From Macrostomum lignano (Eukaryota): 64,000 nucleotides of DNA. This document shows positions 35,977-48,238 of the stretch, piece by piece (the stretch's first letter is position 1; each line of letters opens with the position of its first letter). Under the pieces are notes generated by a model that was not told the DNA's origin, ran no database searches, and saw only the letters and a program-made list of their open reading frames with translations. The translations under genes were made by a program, and so were the position numbers. Location: assembly GCA_002269645.1 (NCBI GenBank), contig NIVC01002817.1:1-64000 (forward strand). Direction: 5' to 3'.

Positions 35977-38113
35977 CTGCAATTAAAAGAGTTCAGCAGT
36001 TAGGGCAGAGCGATCTTCTAAAAAGCAGAAGTAAAACACAAAGCAGCAATGGATTTATAATAAGTGTAGAAATTGTAAATTATTACCGAATCCATCGCGA
36101 GAGATATGTCCATTGAGGTACTCATTCTGGAGGCTCGTCAGGGTGTTGCACTTGCATGGTCCTTTCGGGTGATGAATTCGACCTTGGATCAATCTCATCA
36201 CATCTATGTCAGACTCCTTTGCAGTTGGACCGTCCAAGGTCTTCAGACTGTTGCCCCAGCCTTCTGAGTAGCTTCCAACCACAAATATGCCATCGTATCT
36301 CAGTCTTTTTTGCATAATTTCTTGCAATACATCAGCTACAGCACTTTGGAGGGAAGCTCTGGAGTCCACGAATCCAGATTGAGTAAGAGCTGAGTGCAGC
36401 TTGATACTCAGCTCTGAGTCACTGAGTGCGTCACTGAAATGATTCAGTTCGAATGGATTGGTGTGAGGTATAAATTTTCCCTACTTCAAAGCAGCTGCAT
36501 GAAATTAACCTTAACTTACGTTTCCAGTAAAGTTGAGACTGGACTGCCATTCACATCAAAAGTTATCACCGGTTGACCGAGTTGCACTCCGTTAAGTAGC
36601 TGAGCAATTTTCTGATGACCGAAACGAAATGCAATATCGAGAGGTCGCTCGCCGCTGCTTGACTTAAGGTCAATGTCAGCACCAGACTTGAGCAGTAATT
36701 TCACTACATCACAATGCCCCCTCTGTGAGGCTATATGCAAAGCCGAGTAACCCCGGGCCGAAATGGAGTGAACATCAGCTTGCGCATTGATTAGAGAATT
36801 CACAACTTTAACATGACCATGGTGGGAAGCGATGTAAAGTGGTTGGTGCCCAATGCCTGTCCTAGCGTCAACGTCTGCTGAAGATTTAATGACAGACTCG
36901 ACAGTCAGGTGATGACCCCGCTGTACTGCTGCGTGCAGTGGTAAGTAACCCCACTTCGATGCGAGGTTAACATCAGCTTGAGCTTTGATGAGGCAGTCTA
37001 ACACACGGCTGTGACCATTCTGTGCAGCAATGTGAGCTGCCGTGAGACCGTTAACTGTTTGGATATTAAGGTCAGCATTTGATCCGATCAGGGACTCGAC
37101 GACCTCCCAGTGACCATGCTGCGCTGCTCTGTGCAAAGCTGAAAATCCCTTTCGCGACTGAAGATCGACATCGGCTTTGAACTTGATGAGCAAGTCCACA
37201 ATATCTTTAAAGCCATTAAGCGAAGCTATTTGTAGGACAGAGTCACCAAAACTTGTCGAATAGTTCACATCAGCTAGTGCCCTGAGGAGTAGCCCAACAA
37301 CTTGCACTTGACCACCAAGTGTCGCCGCGTACAGTGGAGACAATTCGACTTTTTCATGAAGACTAACGTCGGCTCCTGCTTTGATGAGTGCGTCGACTAC
37401 CCTCACATGGCCATACCTTGACGCGACACACAGAGGAGATGAGCCATTGCTTGCGAGAATATTTATTTCTGCTTGTGCACTGATGAGCGATTTGACAACT
37501 AGCTCGTGCCCCACTTGAGAGGCGATGTAGATTGGGCAGGAGCCGCTGCTGTTTCGAGCATTGACGTCGGCTTGCGCTTTGATGAGTGCGTCAACGACTC
37601 GCTGATGCCCGTTCTGCGATGCGATGTGGAGTGGCGAGAATCCGTCCAGTGTTTGAAAATTGACATCAGCCTGCGCACCAATCAGCAGATTCACGACGTC
37701 AATATGTCCATTTTGCACCGCTACGTACAATGGCGAAGTGCCACTCGATCCACTTGATAGATTCACGTCGGCTTGAGCTTTTACAAGCAAGTCCGCTACG
37801 TTTAGATGGCCATTCTGGGCTGCGATGTACAATGGGGGCGATGAGGATTCGCCAAGTTTAGAATGAATGTCAGCATCGGCCGCTGCTTTGAGCAGTCTGC
37901 GGACGGAGCGGTGCTGCCCGACCACGCAGGCCAGCTGCAGGGGGAGATCCTTGCTCCTCTGAACTCGCAGAACTCATCAACGCTCATGGCGCAGTTCAGA
38001 CACCGTTCGATCATTCTCAATTCGCCAGCTTCTATGGCAAACAAAAAGTCTCGAGCTGTCAGCTCCTGCTTGTCCTCGCAGTGTCGCTGGAGCGGTGTAG
38101 CTGCCTCCTGCAT
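34536..38113 (-). CDS. Ankyrin-repeat / Mab21 (cGAS-like receptor, cGLR) fusion protein, ~1130 aa, 3 exons
   Basis: Exon 1 38113-36520 (about 14 ANK repeats), donor AC|gtaagt; 86-nt intron; exon 2 36433-36087 (VVGSYSEG...SDIDVM); 110-nt intron; exon 3 35976-34536 (PAVDNVLA, LRVSTSFLEK, LKPYHAKTTTF, MEHFFLSNVDL). Needs +1 nt at 37940-37944 and ~35931. Confidence 0.85.
36087..36433 (-). CDS. Exon 2: nucleotidyltransferase lobe with GS and DxD motifs
   Basis: atttcag acceptor, phase 2; IFVVGSYSEGWGNSLKTLDGPTAKESDIDVMRL; donor G|gtaata. Confidence 0.88.
36520..38113 (-). CDS. Exon 1: ankyrin repeat array
   Basis: 33-aa repeats (S/T)PLxxAxxxGHxxVVxxLIxAxADVN; one missing C in a C run joins ORFs 37802..38113 and 36516..37925. 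Confidence 0.95.
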
Positions 38114-38726
38114 CGGTATGACGACGAACAGTTTTCAATGCTTCCGTGAAATAAACCTCGCGACCTGTGCCTAAAATTTGTACGAATAGACTTCAATGCG
38201 TGCATTATAGCATAGCATAGCATTAGCTATTTAAGTGTGTGCAGGCATTTTCGTTTTCCGCAACTGTTGGCAGCGAAGCTCTGGACCAATTAAAAGCAAT
38301 GTGTCTTTATATCTCTTTTAAACTTTCTGAGTTGATTTTTTAAATACAAGCTTGTTTGTTCTCATTCTGGTTATAAAATTATAAAATTCTGGTGAAAGGC
38401 CACGAGAGCGACCCGTTGAAAAGCAAAATCCGACAAACGTCAACTTAATTCATAGTTTTGACAAGTAGCTCATAGTTTAACCGTTCATTCTCAAAAAGCA
38501 GTGAAGCTCCTTGTACAAAACTTCATTGGTTTGAAATTACCTCAATTTCCATTTCGAATGGTCATCTTCAAAGAAGATCCAAGACAACATGGGCTCAAGT
38601 TATGGGGAAATGACATTAGGACACAGCTACAGTTTCCATGGTTGAATCATTCGCTCAAAAGTCGCCCCATCATCACTCCAAGTCCAGCAGCAGGTCCGTT
38701 GAGCGAAGGCTCGACTCGCTGCAAAC

Positions 38727-41344
38727 CTGAATCTCCAAATTCTCTAACTCAGCCTCCGACTGATGAAGCTCGTCTTGCTGCAGCTCGGCCGCAGCAGCAG
38801 AATCTCGCTGGCGCTTCTTTGCCTCTGCCAGCCGCTCCTGCAGAGCGTCCTCTTGGCGCTGCTGGGCCCACCGGTTGCTTGGGGACACATAGGGATGGTG
38901 TTGAAGTTAATACTCTAAACTCTGACTTCCGACTGTTCTCACTCCTCGACTGTCACTCCTCGACTGTCACTCTCGACTGTCACTTCCCAATTGTCACTTC
39001 CCGACTGTCACTCCCAGACTGTCACTTACCCGACTGTCACTACCTGACTGTCACTCCCAGACTGTCACTTACCCGACTGTCACTCCCCGACTGTCACTCT
39101 CGACTGTCACTCCCCAACTGTCACTCCTTAACTGTCACTTCCCGATTGTCACTTCCCGACTGTCACTCTCGACTGTCACTCCCAGACTGTCACTTACCCG
39201 ACTGTCACTCCCCGACTGTCACTCTCGACTGTCACTCCCCAACTGTCACTCCTTAACTGTCACTTCCCGATTGTCACTTCCCGACTGTCACTCTCGACTG
39301 TCACTCTCGACTGTCACTTCCCGATTGTCACTTCCCGACTGTCACTACCTGACTGTCACTCCCAGACTGTCACTTACCCGACTGTCACTCCCCGACTGTC
39401 ACTCTCGACTGTCACTCTCGACTGTCACTTCCCGATTGTCACTTCCCGATTGTCACTACCTGACTGTCACTCCAAGACTGTCACTTACCCGACTGTCACT
39501 ACCTGACTGTCACTCCCAGACTGTCACTTACCCGACTGTCACTCCCCAACTGTCACTCTCGACTGTCACTCCCCAACTGTCACTCCTTAACTGTCACTTC
39601 CCGATTGTCACTTCCCGACTGTCACTCTCGACTGTCACTCTCGACTGTCACTTCCCGATTGTCACTTCCCGACTGTCACTACCTGACTGTCACTCCCAGA
39701 CTGTCACTTACCCGACTGTCACTACCTGACTGTCACTCCCAGACTGTCACTTACCCGACTGTCACTCCCCGACTGTCACTCTCGACTGTCACTCCCCAAC
39801 TGTCACTCCTTAACTGTCACTTCCCGATTGTCACTTCCCGACTGTCACTCTCGACTGTCACTCCCCGACTGTCACTTCCCGACTGTCACTACCTGACTGT
39901 CACTCCCAGACTGTCACTTACCCGACTGTCACTACCTGACTGTCACTCCCAGACTGTCACTTACCCGACTGTCACTCCTTAACTGTCACTTCCCGATTGT
40001 CACTTCCCGACTGTCACTCTCGACTGTCACTCTCGACTGTCACTTCCCGATTGTCACTTCCCGACTGTCACTACCTGACTGTCACTCCCAGACTGTCACT
40101 TACCCGACTGTCACTACCTGACTGTCACTCCCAGACTGTCACTTACCCGACTGTCACTCCCCGACTGTCACTCTCGACTGTCACTCCCCAACTGTCACTT
40201 CCCGATTGTCACTTCTCGACTGTCACTCTCGACTGTCACTCCCCGACTGTCACTACCCGACTGTCACTACCTGACTGTCACTCCCAGACTGTCACTTACC
40301 CGACTGTCTCTACCTGACTGTCACTCCCCGACTGTCACTACCTGACTGTCACTCCCCGACTGTCACTACCCGACTGTCACTCCTTAACTGTCACTTCCCG
40401 ATTGTCACTTCCCGACTGTCACTCTCGACTGTCACTCTCCGACTGTCACTACCCGACTGTCACTACCTGACTGTCACTCCCAGACTGTCACTTACCCGAC
40501 TGTCACTCGCCGACTGTCACTTAAGTCACTACTTTCAGATCACCTCACAGGCCGCTATTCACCTTTTACCTTCAAGGCAGTTCGCTGCATCCAGCATCGC
40601 CGCGGCCACCTGCCGAGCCTCGCGCCGCCGCCAGAGAGTCTCCCGTTGCCTCTGCCGCTCTTCAGTCAGCTTTGAGTTCAGCAGCTGCAGCCCCACAAGC
40701 AGCTCAGCGGCCTCTGTAGTCGCCGCCTCCGAGCTGCCTTCCGCCTCTCTCGGCTCCTCAGCCGCTACTTCCGGCCGACCAGCACGATCCGGCGAGTCCA
40801 GCCGCCACCGTCAGCTGCCTGCGCCACGCCCGGCCGCGCCCGCCTCGCGTAGTCCGGCAGCGGCTGCTCTCGACGCTTCGCCGCCGCCGCCGCTGCCGTC
40901 ATCGTACCCGCCACCTTCTGCCAAGCGTCGCGGCCGACCTCGCGGAGAAACTCCTCCACGCGGGCCTTCGCGCGGCGCTCCTCACTGAGGCCCGACATGC
41001 GGTCCACCTCCGTGTGAGCGATGGAGGGCCCGCCTCGCTGCGCAGCTCTCCAGACCTCACCCAGCAGCTCAGCCTCACCCAGCATCTCAGCCTCACCCAG
41101 CATCTCAACTCCATCCTGATTAAAAATGTCAAGTTCCATCCTCATTAAACATCTCAGCCTCATCATCACCCAACATCACAGCTTCATCCTTACCGAGAAC
41201 CTCAGCCCGGTCCCGTAATTCCTTCTGTCCGCTGTCAATGCAGTCTCCCAGACTCCTCAGGCCTCGCCTCATCCTTGCGATGCTCTCAATGAATCTGACC
41301 GCTTTGCGCTGCAACAGCTCGGATGACAGTCGGGCAAAGTCCGC
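38727..41344 (-). CDS. Probable exons of an unidentified coiled-coil protein (about 41344-40570 and 38877-38727)
   Basis: GC-rich, Glu/Arg/Ala/Gln-rich frames bounded by cttcag acceptor and gtaaaa / gtttgc donors; internal frameshifts; no family recognised. Confidence 0.4.
38930..40530. repeat. Complex 12-14-bp minisatellite built on GACTGTCAC
   Basis: gactgtcactccc / gactgtcacttaccc / gactgtcactctc variants in higher-order blocks. Confidence 0.95.
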
Positions 41345-41374
41345 CTGAAGGAAATTTGGGGGGGGGCAGATGGA

Positions 41375-44300
41375 AATATGAGGGAATATGGGGAAATATG
41401 GGGAAATATGGAGAAATATGGAGGAATATGGGGAAATATGGGGAAATATGGAGAAATATGGAAAAGTAGGCAGAAATGTGCAGAAATATGCGGAAATATG
41501 GGGAAATATTGAGAAATATGGGGAAATGTGGGGAAATATGGGGAAATATGCAGAAATATGGGGAAATATGGAGAAATATGGGGAAATGTGGGGAAATATT
41601 GAGAAATATGGGGAAATGTGGGGAAATATGGGGAAATATGCAGAAATATGGGGAAATATGGAGAAATATGGGAAAATATGGGGAAATATGGAGAAAAATG
41701 GGGAAGTATGGGGAAATATGGGGAAATATGGGGAAGTATGGGGAAGTATGGGGAAGTACGGGGAAATATGGTGAAATATGGGGAAATATGGGGAAGTATG
41801 GGGAAGTATGGGGAAATATGGGGAAATATGAGGAAGTATGGGGAAGTATGGGGAAGTATAGGGAAATATGGGGAAGTATGGGGAAATATGGGGAAATATG
41901 AGAAAGTATGGGGAAGTATGGGGAAGTATGGGGAAATATGAGGAAGTATGGGGAAGTATGGGGAAGTATGGGGAAATATGGGGAAATATGATGAAGTATG
42001 GGGAAGTATGGGGAAGTATGGGGAAATATGGGGAAGTATGGGGAAATATGGGGAAATATGATGAAGTATGGGGAAGTATGGGGAAGTATGGGGAAATATG
42101 GGGAAGTATGGGGAAGTATGGGGAAATATGGGGAAATATGATGAAGTATGGGGAAGTATGGGGAAGTATGGGGAAATATGAGGAAGTATGGGGAAATATG
42201 GGGAAATATGAGGAAGTATGGGGAAGTATGGGGAAGTATGGGGAAATATGAGGAAGTATGGGGAAGTATGGGGAAGTATGGGGAAATATGGGGAAATATG
42301 ATGAAGTATGGGGAAGTATGGGGAAGTATGGGGAAGTATGGGGAAATATGGGGAAGTATGGGGAAGTATGGGGAAGTATGGGGAAATATGGGGAAGTATG
42401 GGGAAGTATGGGGAAATATGGGGAAGTATGGGGAAATATGGGGAAATATGAGGAAGTATGGGGAAGTATGGGGAAGTATGGGGAAATATGGGGAAGTATG
42501 AGGAAATATGGGAAAGTATGGGGAAATATGAGGAAATATGGGTAAGTATGGGGAAGTATGGGAAAATATGGGTAAGTATGGGGAAATATGGGGAAATATG
42601 AGGAAGTATGGGGAAGTATGAGGAAATATGGGAAAGTATGGGGAAATATGGGGAAGTATGGGGAAGTATGGGGAAATATGAGGAAATATGGGTAAGTATG
42701 GGGAAGTATGGGAACATATTGGTAAGTATGGGGAAATATGGGGAAATATGAGGAAGTATGGGGAAGTATGGGAAAGTATGGGGAAATATGAGGAAGTATG
42801 GGGAAATATGGGGAAATATGAGGAAGTATGGGGAAGTATGGGGAAGTATGGGGAAATATGGGGAAATATGGGGAAATATGATGAAGTATGGGGAAGTATG
42901 GGAAAATATGGGGAAGTATGGGGAAATATGGGGAAATATGAGGAAGTATGGGGAAATATGAGGAAGTATGGGGAAGTATGGGGAAGTATGGGGAAATATG
43001 GGGAAATATGATGAAGTATGGGGAAGTATGGGGAAGTATGGGAAAATATGGGGAAGTATGGGGAAATATGGGGAAATATGAGGAAGTATGGGGAAGGATG
43101 GGGAAGTATGGGGAAATATGGGGAAGTATGGGGAAATATGCAGAAATATGGGGAAATATGGAGAAATATGGGGAAATATGGGGAAATATGGAGAAAAATG
43201 GGGAAGTATGGGGAAATATGGGGAAATATGAGGAAATATGGGTCAGTATGGGGAAGTATGGGAAATTATGTGGAATTATGGGGAAATATGAGGAAATATG
43301 GGTAAGTATGGGGAAGTATGGGGAAATATGGGGAAATTGTGCAGACTTTGACTCTTTTATCCGACTAAAATTTTTATCCAAATTCTGTCGGTTCGCTTTT
43401 TTATCCACGTCGAAAAAACCATCGATTATTTTTATTTACTGTGATAAAAACCCACTGGCTTAATATGCTACTTTAAGTACAAATATGGACATGCTGTAGC
43501 TGAACAAAATATTGTTACATTTCTGTTTTGAAACTTTTAACCTGAACTTATTCAATCTTAGAGAATGACCGGATGGAACAGAGAGATATGGAGAAATATG
43601 GAAAAGTAGGCAGAAATGTGCAGAAATATGCGGAAATATGGGGAAATATTGAGAAATATGGGGAAATGTGGGGAAATATGGGGAAATATGCAGAAATATG
43701 GGGAAATATGGAGAAATATGGGGAAATGTGGGGAAATATTGAGAAATATGGGGAAATGTGGGGAAATATGGGGAAATATGCAGAAATATGGGGAAATATG
43801 GAGAAATATGGGGAAATATGCAGAAATATGGGGAAATATGGGGAAATATGGAGAAAAATGGGGAAGTATGGGGAAATATGGGGAAATATGGGGAAGTATG
43901 GGGAAGTATGGGGAAGTACGGGGAAATATGGGGAAATATGGGGAAATATGGGGAAGTATGGGGAAGTATGGGGAAATATGGGGAAATATGAGGAAGTATG
44001 GGGAAGTATGGGGAAGTATAGGGAAATATGGGGAAGTATGGGGAAATATGGGGAAATATGGGGAAGTATGGGGAAGTATGGGGAAGTACGGGGAAATATG
44101 GGGAAATATGGGGAAATATGGGGAAGTATGGGGAAGTATGGGGAAATATGGGGAAATATGAGGAAGTATGGGGAAGTATGGGGAAGTATAGGGAAATATG
44201 GGGAAGTATGGGGAAATATGGGGAAATATGAGGAAGTATGGGGAAGTATGGGGAAGTATGGGGAAATATGAGGAAGTATGGGGAAGTATGGGGAAGTATG

Positions 44301-45305
44301 GGGAAATATGGGGAAATATGATGAAGTATGGGGAAGTATGGGGAAGTACGGGGAAATATGGGGAAATATGGGGAAATATGGGGAAGTATGGGGAAGTATG
44401 GGGAAATATGGGGAAATATGAGGAAGTATGGGGAAGTATGGGGAAGTATAGGGAAATATGGGGAAGTATGGGGAAATATGGGGAAATATGAGGAAGTATG
44501 GGGAAGTATGGGGAAGTATGGGGAAATATGAGGAAGTATGGGGAAGTATGGGGAAGTATGGGGAAATATGGGGAAATATGATGAAGTATGGGGAAGTATG
44601 GGGAAGTATGGGGAAATATGGGGAAGTATGGGGAAGTATGGGGAAATATGGGGAAGTATGGGGAAGTATGGGGAAATATGGGGAAATATGAGGAAATATG
44701 GGTAAGTATGGGGAAGTATGGGAAAATATGGGGAAGTATGGGGAAATATGGGGAAATATGAGGAAGTATGGGGAAGGATGGGGGAGTATGGGAAAATATG
44801 GGGAAGTATGGGGAAATATGGGGAAATATGAGGAAGTATGGGGAAGTATGGGGAAATATGGGGAAGTATGGGGAAGTATGGGGAAATATGGGGAAATATG
44901 AGGAAATATGGGTAAGTATGGGGAAGTATGGGTAAATATGTGGAATTATGGGGAAATATGAGGAAATATGGGTAAGTATGGGGAAGTATGGGAAAATATG
45001 GGGAAGTATGGGGAAATATGGGGAAATATGAGGAAGTATGGGGAAGGATGGGGAAGTATGGGGAAATATGGGGAAGTATGGGGAAATATGGGGAAATATG
45101 AGGAAGTATGGGGAAGTATGGGGAAGTATGGGGAAATATGGGGAAGTATGGGGAAGTATGGGGAAATATGGGGAAATATGAGGAAATATGGGTAAGTATG
45201 GGGAAGTATGGGAAAATATGTGGAATTATGGGGAAATATGAGGAAATATGGGTAAGTATGGGAAGTATGGGAAAATATGGGGAAGTATGGGGAAATATGG
45301 GGAAA
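41375..45305. repeat. 10-bp satellite GGGGAA(A/G)TAT in two blocks
   Basis: Blocks about 41375-43335 and 43588-45305; source of all MGKYGE/PHISPYF ORFs. Confidence 0.97.
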
Positions 45306-45555
45306 TTGTGCAGACTTTGACTCTTTTATCCGACTAAAATTTTTATTCAAATTCTGTCGGTTCGCTTTTTTATCCACGTCGAAAAAACCATCGATTATTT
45401 TTATTTACTGTGATAAAAACCACTGGCTTAATATGCTACTTTAAGTACAAATATGGACATGCTGTAGCTGAACAAAATATTGTTACATTTCTGTTTTGAA
45501 ACTTTTAACCTGAACTTATTCAATCTTAGAGAATGACCGGATGGAACAGAGAGAT
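41448..45555. repeat. ~2-kb tandem duplication (41448-43587 / 43588-45555)
   Basis: A 255-bp unique tail occurs twice (about 43330-43587 and 45300-45555) and the satellite variant order restarts at 43588. Confidence 0.9.
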
Positions 45556-45880
45556 CCTTTCCCCTTCCTTCCTTCCCCTTCCTTCCTTCCTTCCTTCCTT
45601 CCTTCCTTCCCCTTCCTTCCTTCCTTCCTTCCTTCCTTCCTTCCTTCCTTCCTTCCTTCCTTCCTTCCTTCCTTCCTTCCTTCCTTCCTTCCTTCCTTCC
45701 TTCCTTCCTTCCTTCCTTCCTTCCTTCCTTCCTTCCTTCCTTCCTTCCTTCCCTTCCTTCCTTCCTTCCTTCCTTCCTTCCTTCCTTCCTTCCTTCCTTC
45801 CTTCCTTCCTTCCTTCCTTCCTTCCTTCCTTCCTTCCTTCCTTCCTTCCTTCCTTCCTTCCTTCCTTCCTTCCTTCCTTT
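45556..45880. repeat. (CCTT)n microsatellite
   Basis: Read directly. Confidence 0.98.
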
Positions 45881-46026
45881 AGAACTCCGGCAAGATAGAC
45901 AAGAAAATTTTTCTTTATCACAAAACATGATACTGAATATGGTCAGTGTTGAGTATTTACTTTAAATTTCACAATAACATTACCATAGTATTCAAACAAA
46001 ATTCTAAAATGTAATGTCTAATATAA

Positions 46027-48238
46027 TCAGGACACCAAAACACGAGTGCAAACAGGTGTTGAGTCTTTGTGTAATAAACTCCAATTGAAGCTAAGCCACC
46101 TGGCTGATTTTTGCTTGTCGGACCGCGCCCCAAACAGAGCCTTCAGCGCGGCCACCTGGCCGAGTCCGCAGGCCAGCACAGCAACCGCCAGGATGCCGCT
46201 GAATGTCGCAACCCGCCTGTTGAGGTCGTCGCTCAATGCTCGGCCTTCGACTTCCCGGGCCCGGTGCATCGTCTGGGCCGCCTCCGCCCGCACGAGCTGC
46301 TGGTGGACGGCCTCCAGCTCCGATTGCAGCAGCGTCAGCGCGGTGGGCGGGGTGACCCCGGCCTCCTCGGCCAGGGAGGGCGCCCGGCTCCTGTCCAGAG
46401 CGAACTGCACCACCTTGTGTGTCACTGTTGAGAACTCGTTGCCGAAGCAGAAGGCGTACGCGCCGCCGCCCATAAATTTGAACGCCCGTTCGTCTGAGCG
46501 CGCCCTTAGCTTGGAGTAGATCTTCTCGCCTGTCAGTTACGAATGCCAAACGTTATTGATTGTAGAAATATGCAATTAATATTGACAGGAAAGTTGGCAC
46601 GCGAAGGTGTATTCAGCACGCCAGTGAAGTATGAGACAGACTGGGCCTATGGGCTACGGTCTGCGATGCTTCACGCCTGCCCCTATCTTTGGCAGGTCAA
46701 GGCTGGTGGGAGGTCTGCACCCTCTATTTGCCGCTGGCAGCCGCAGACCCCACGCTGTCTCGCAAGTCGACCCAGGGTACTCGTCCCCGCGTGTGTTCAA
46801 GGCAGACCCTAGGGCTGCTGGACAGACTGGGCTCCGGCGCTGGCGCTGGCGACCCTATCCAGTGGCTTCGGCCGAATTTGGGTATGCGGGTCTGGCTCGC
46901 CAACCTGCAGGCCGTGGTACTGCCCAACGTACTCTCTAATGCCTAAGGTGTTGACCGTGCCGATGGGCTGGAAGGCCGGGGAGTAGTCCGGTAGCAAGCG
47001 GTCCCCCTCCTGGTGTCGGGCCAGCCTTGAGGGTTCTATTGGCCTACTGCCCGGTCAGGTGGAGCGGCCGGGTGGGTACCGCGCCCCTTTGAGGGTAGCC
47101 CACCAACCTTTTATCATGGCCTTCGAGCCGACTATGGATAACCACCGTCCATAGCGACGCGTCGGCCGTTCAGGATTAGCGGAATGGGCGCCCGCGCCTT
47201 CCCGCTGTGTCCCCTCCGGGACAGCCCTGCAGCTAAGTCAAGTAAGTCTAAGACAGGAAAGTTGTGGACACCCTGGACTCGGTCCTACATCGTCCTACAG
47301 CCATCGGAAAGGCAACTCCGCCCATTCCGCAGACTCTTGAGTACATGCAATCGGGCAGATACTGTACTCGACACGCACTCGCACACACGCTCACACGTGT
47401 ACACCCTCTGTGCCTTGGGGGTTGGCCCTCGTTGATGCATGAATCGCACTTTAGCCAATTTTCGTGAAGAGGCCCCAAATAAATATCGCGGAGTCGAAAG
47501 CCGTGGTCTGTGACTCGAGAGTCGTCTTCTGAGCTGCTGCCGTCATTCGTTGAGCTATCCTGTCCCCAGAAAGTTAGTACAGGTAGACTAGCATTTTCAG
47601 CTTCAAATGCGAGTGTTTGATGCTTCAAGTATATCCGGTTAATAACGTAAAGTCATCGTCGGTTGTTCGCTTTCGTTGTCAGACGATAAACATGCCCGTT
47701 GAAAACGAGGGTTAATCTTGAATGTAAATTAACGAAAAGTTACTTTTGGTTGGTTAATTTACCGCAGTTTAACTTTGGAAAAAGCGAATTCACGTTAATT
47801 AACCAAACACTGTGTGGGTTATTTCGGTTAACAAACTCGGAAATTAACGTATATTTACCCTCCGTAAAGTCAAGTAACGTCAAGTAACGTTTATTCACCT
47901 AAAATTACGTTAACTAACCTTCGGGCTAATAGTTAATTAGCGCCCAGAATATTAACCCTCGTTTTCAACGGGCAGTACACACAAGTACACATGAGGGACT
48001 TCGGACTTCAGAGGTTCTCACCTGTTGGCGAGCGGACTAGAAAGTCCACATCGTTGTTGCCGCCGCGTACGACGCGGAATCGCAGCAGAAACGAGTCGCG
48101 CGACTCTGATTTATCGAACGCCTGATGGAAGCAGAACTCCTCATTGTCTGGCAGCTCGAAGGCCAGTCGCTTCGGGTACTGGTCGAAGCATTGGGCAACG
48201 GCCGGCAGCGTGGCCAGCAGCAGCTGAAGGATCAGCAT
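46027..48238 (-). CDS. TMED7: p24 family cargo receptor (GOLD domain, p24-gamma; TMED7/TMED3-like), 2 exons
   Basis: Exon 1 48238-48022 (signal peptide, AFELPDNEEFCFHQ, FRVVRGGNNDVDF), donor G|gtgaga; exon 2 from 46529 (YAFCFGNEFSTVTHKVV, coiled coil, TM, GQVAALKALF); stop at 46027, or at 46091 if a base is missing in an A run. Confidence 0.9.
46570..47252 (+). mobile_element. Decayed LINE 3' fragment in the TMED intron
   Basis: Degenerate LTG...HACPYL knuckle; 3' tail gg.aatgggc...ccctgcagctaagtcaagtaagtc shared with 32600-32675. Confidence 0.45.
47693..47974. mobile_element. 282-bp MITE with perfect 24-bp TIRs
   Basis: tgcccgttgaaaacgagggttaat ... attaaccctcgttttcaacgggca; no clear TSD. 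Confidence 0.8.

Noticed and set aside
35977-36025. Upstream acceptor (ttctgctttttag) for cGLR exon 3
   Set aside because: It leads to TAA in the spliced frame; the ttttaattgcag acceptor gives a better-fitting SSPA..LKPAVD reading
38113-38727. Coiled-coil exons spliced in frame onto the ankyrin exon
   Set aside because: The acceptor near 38171 is followed by an in-frame TGA before the ANK ATG, so it is more consistent with a 5'UTR or trans-splice site
41129-45377. 759-aa PHISPYF and many MGKYGE ORFs
   Set aside because: Products of the 10-bp satellite; only the last ~70 codons of 41129..43408 overlap a plausible exon
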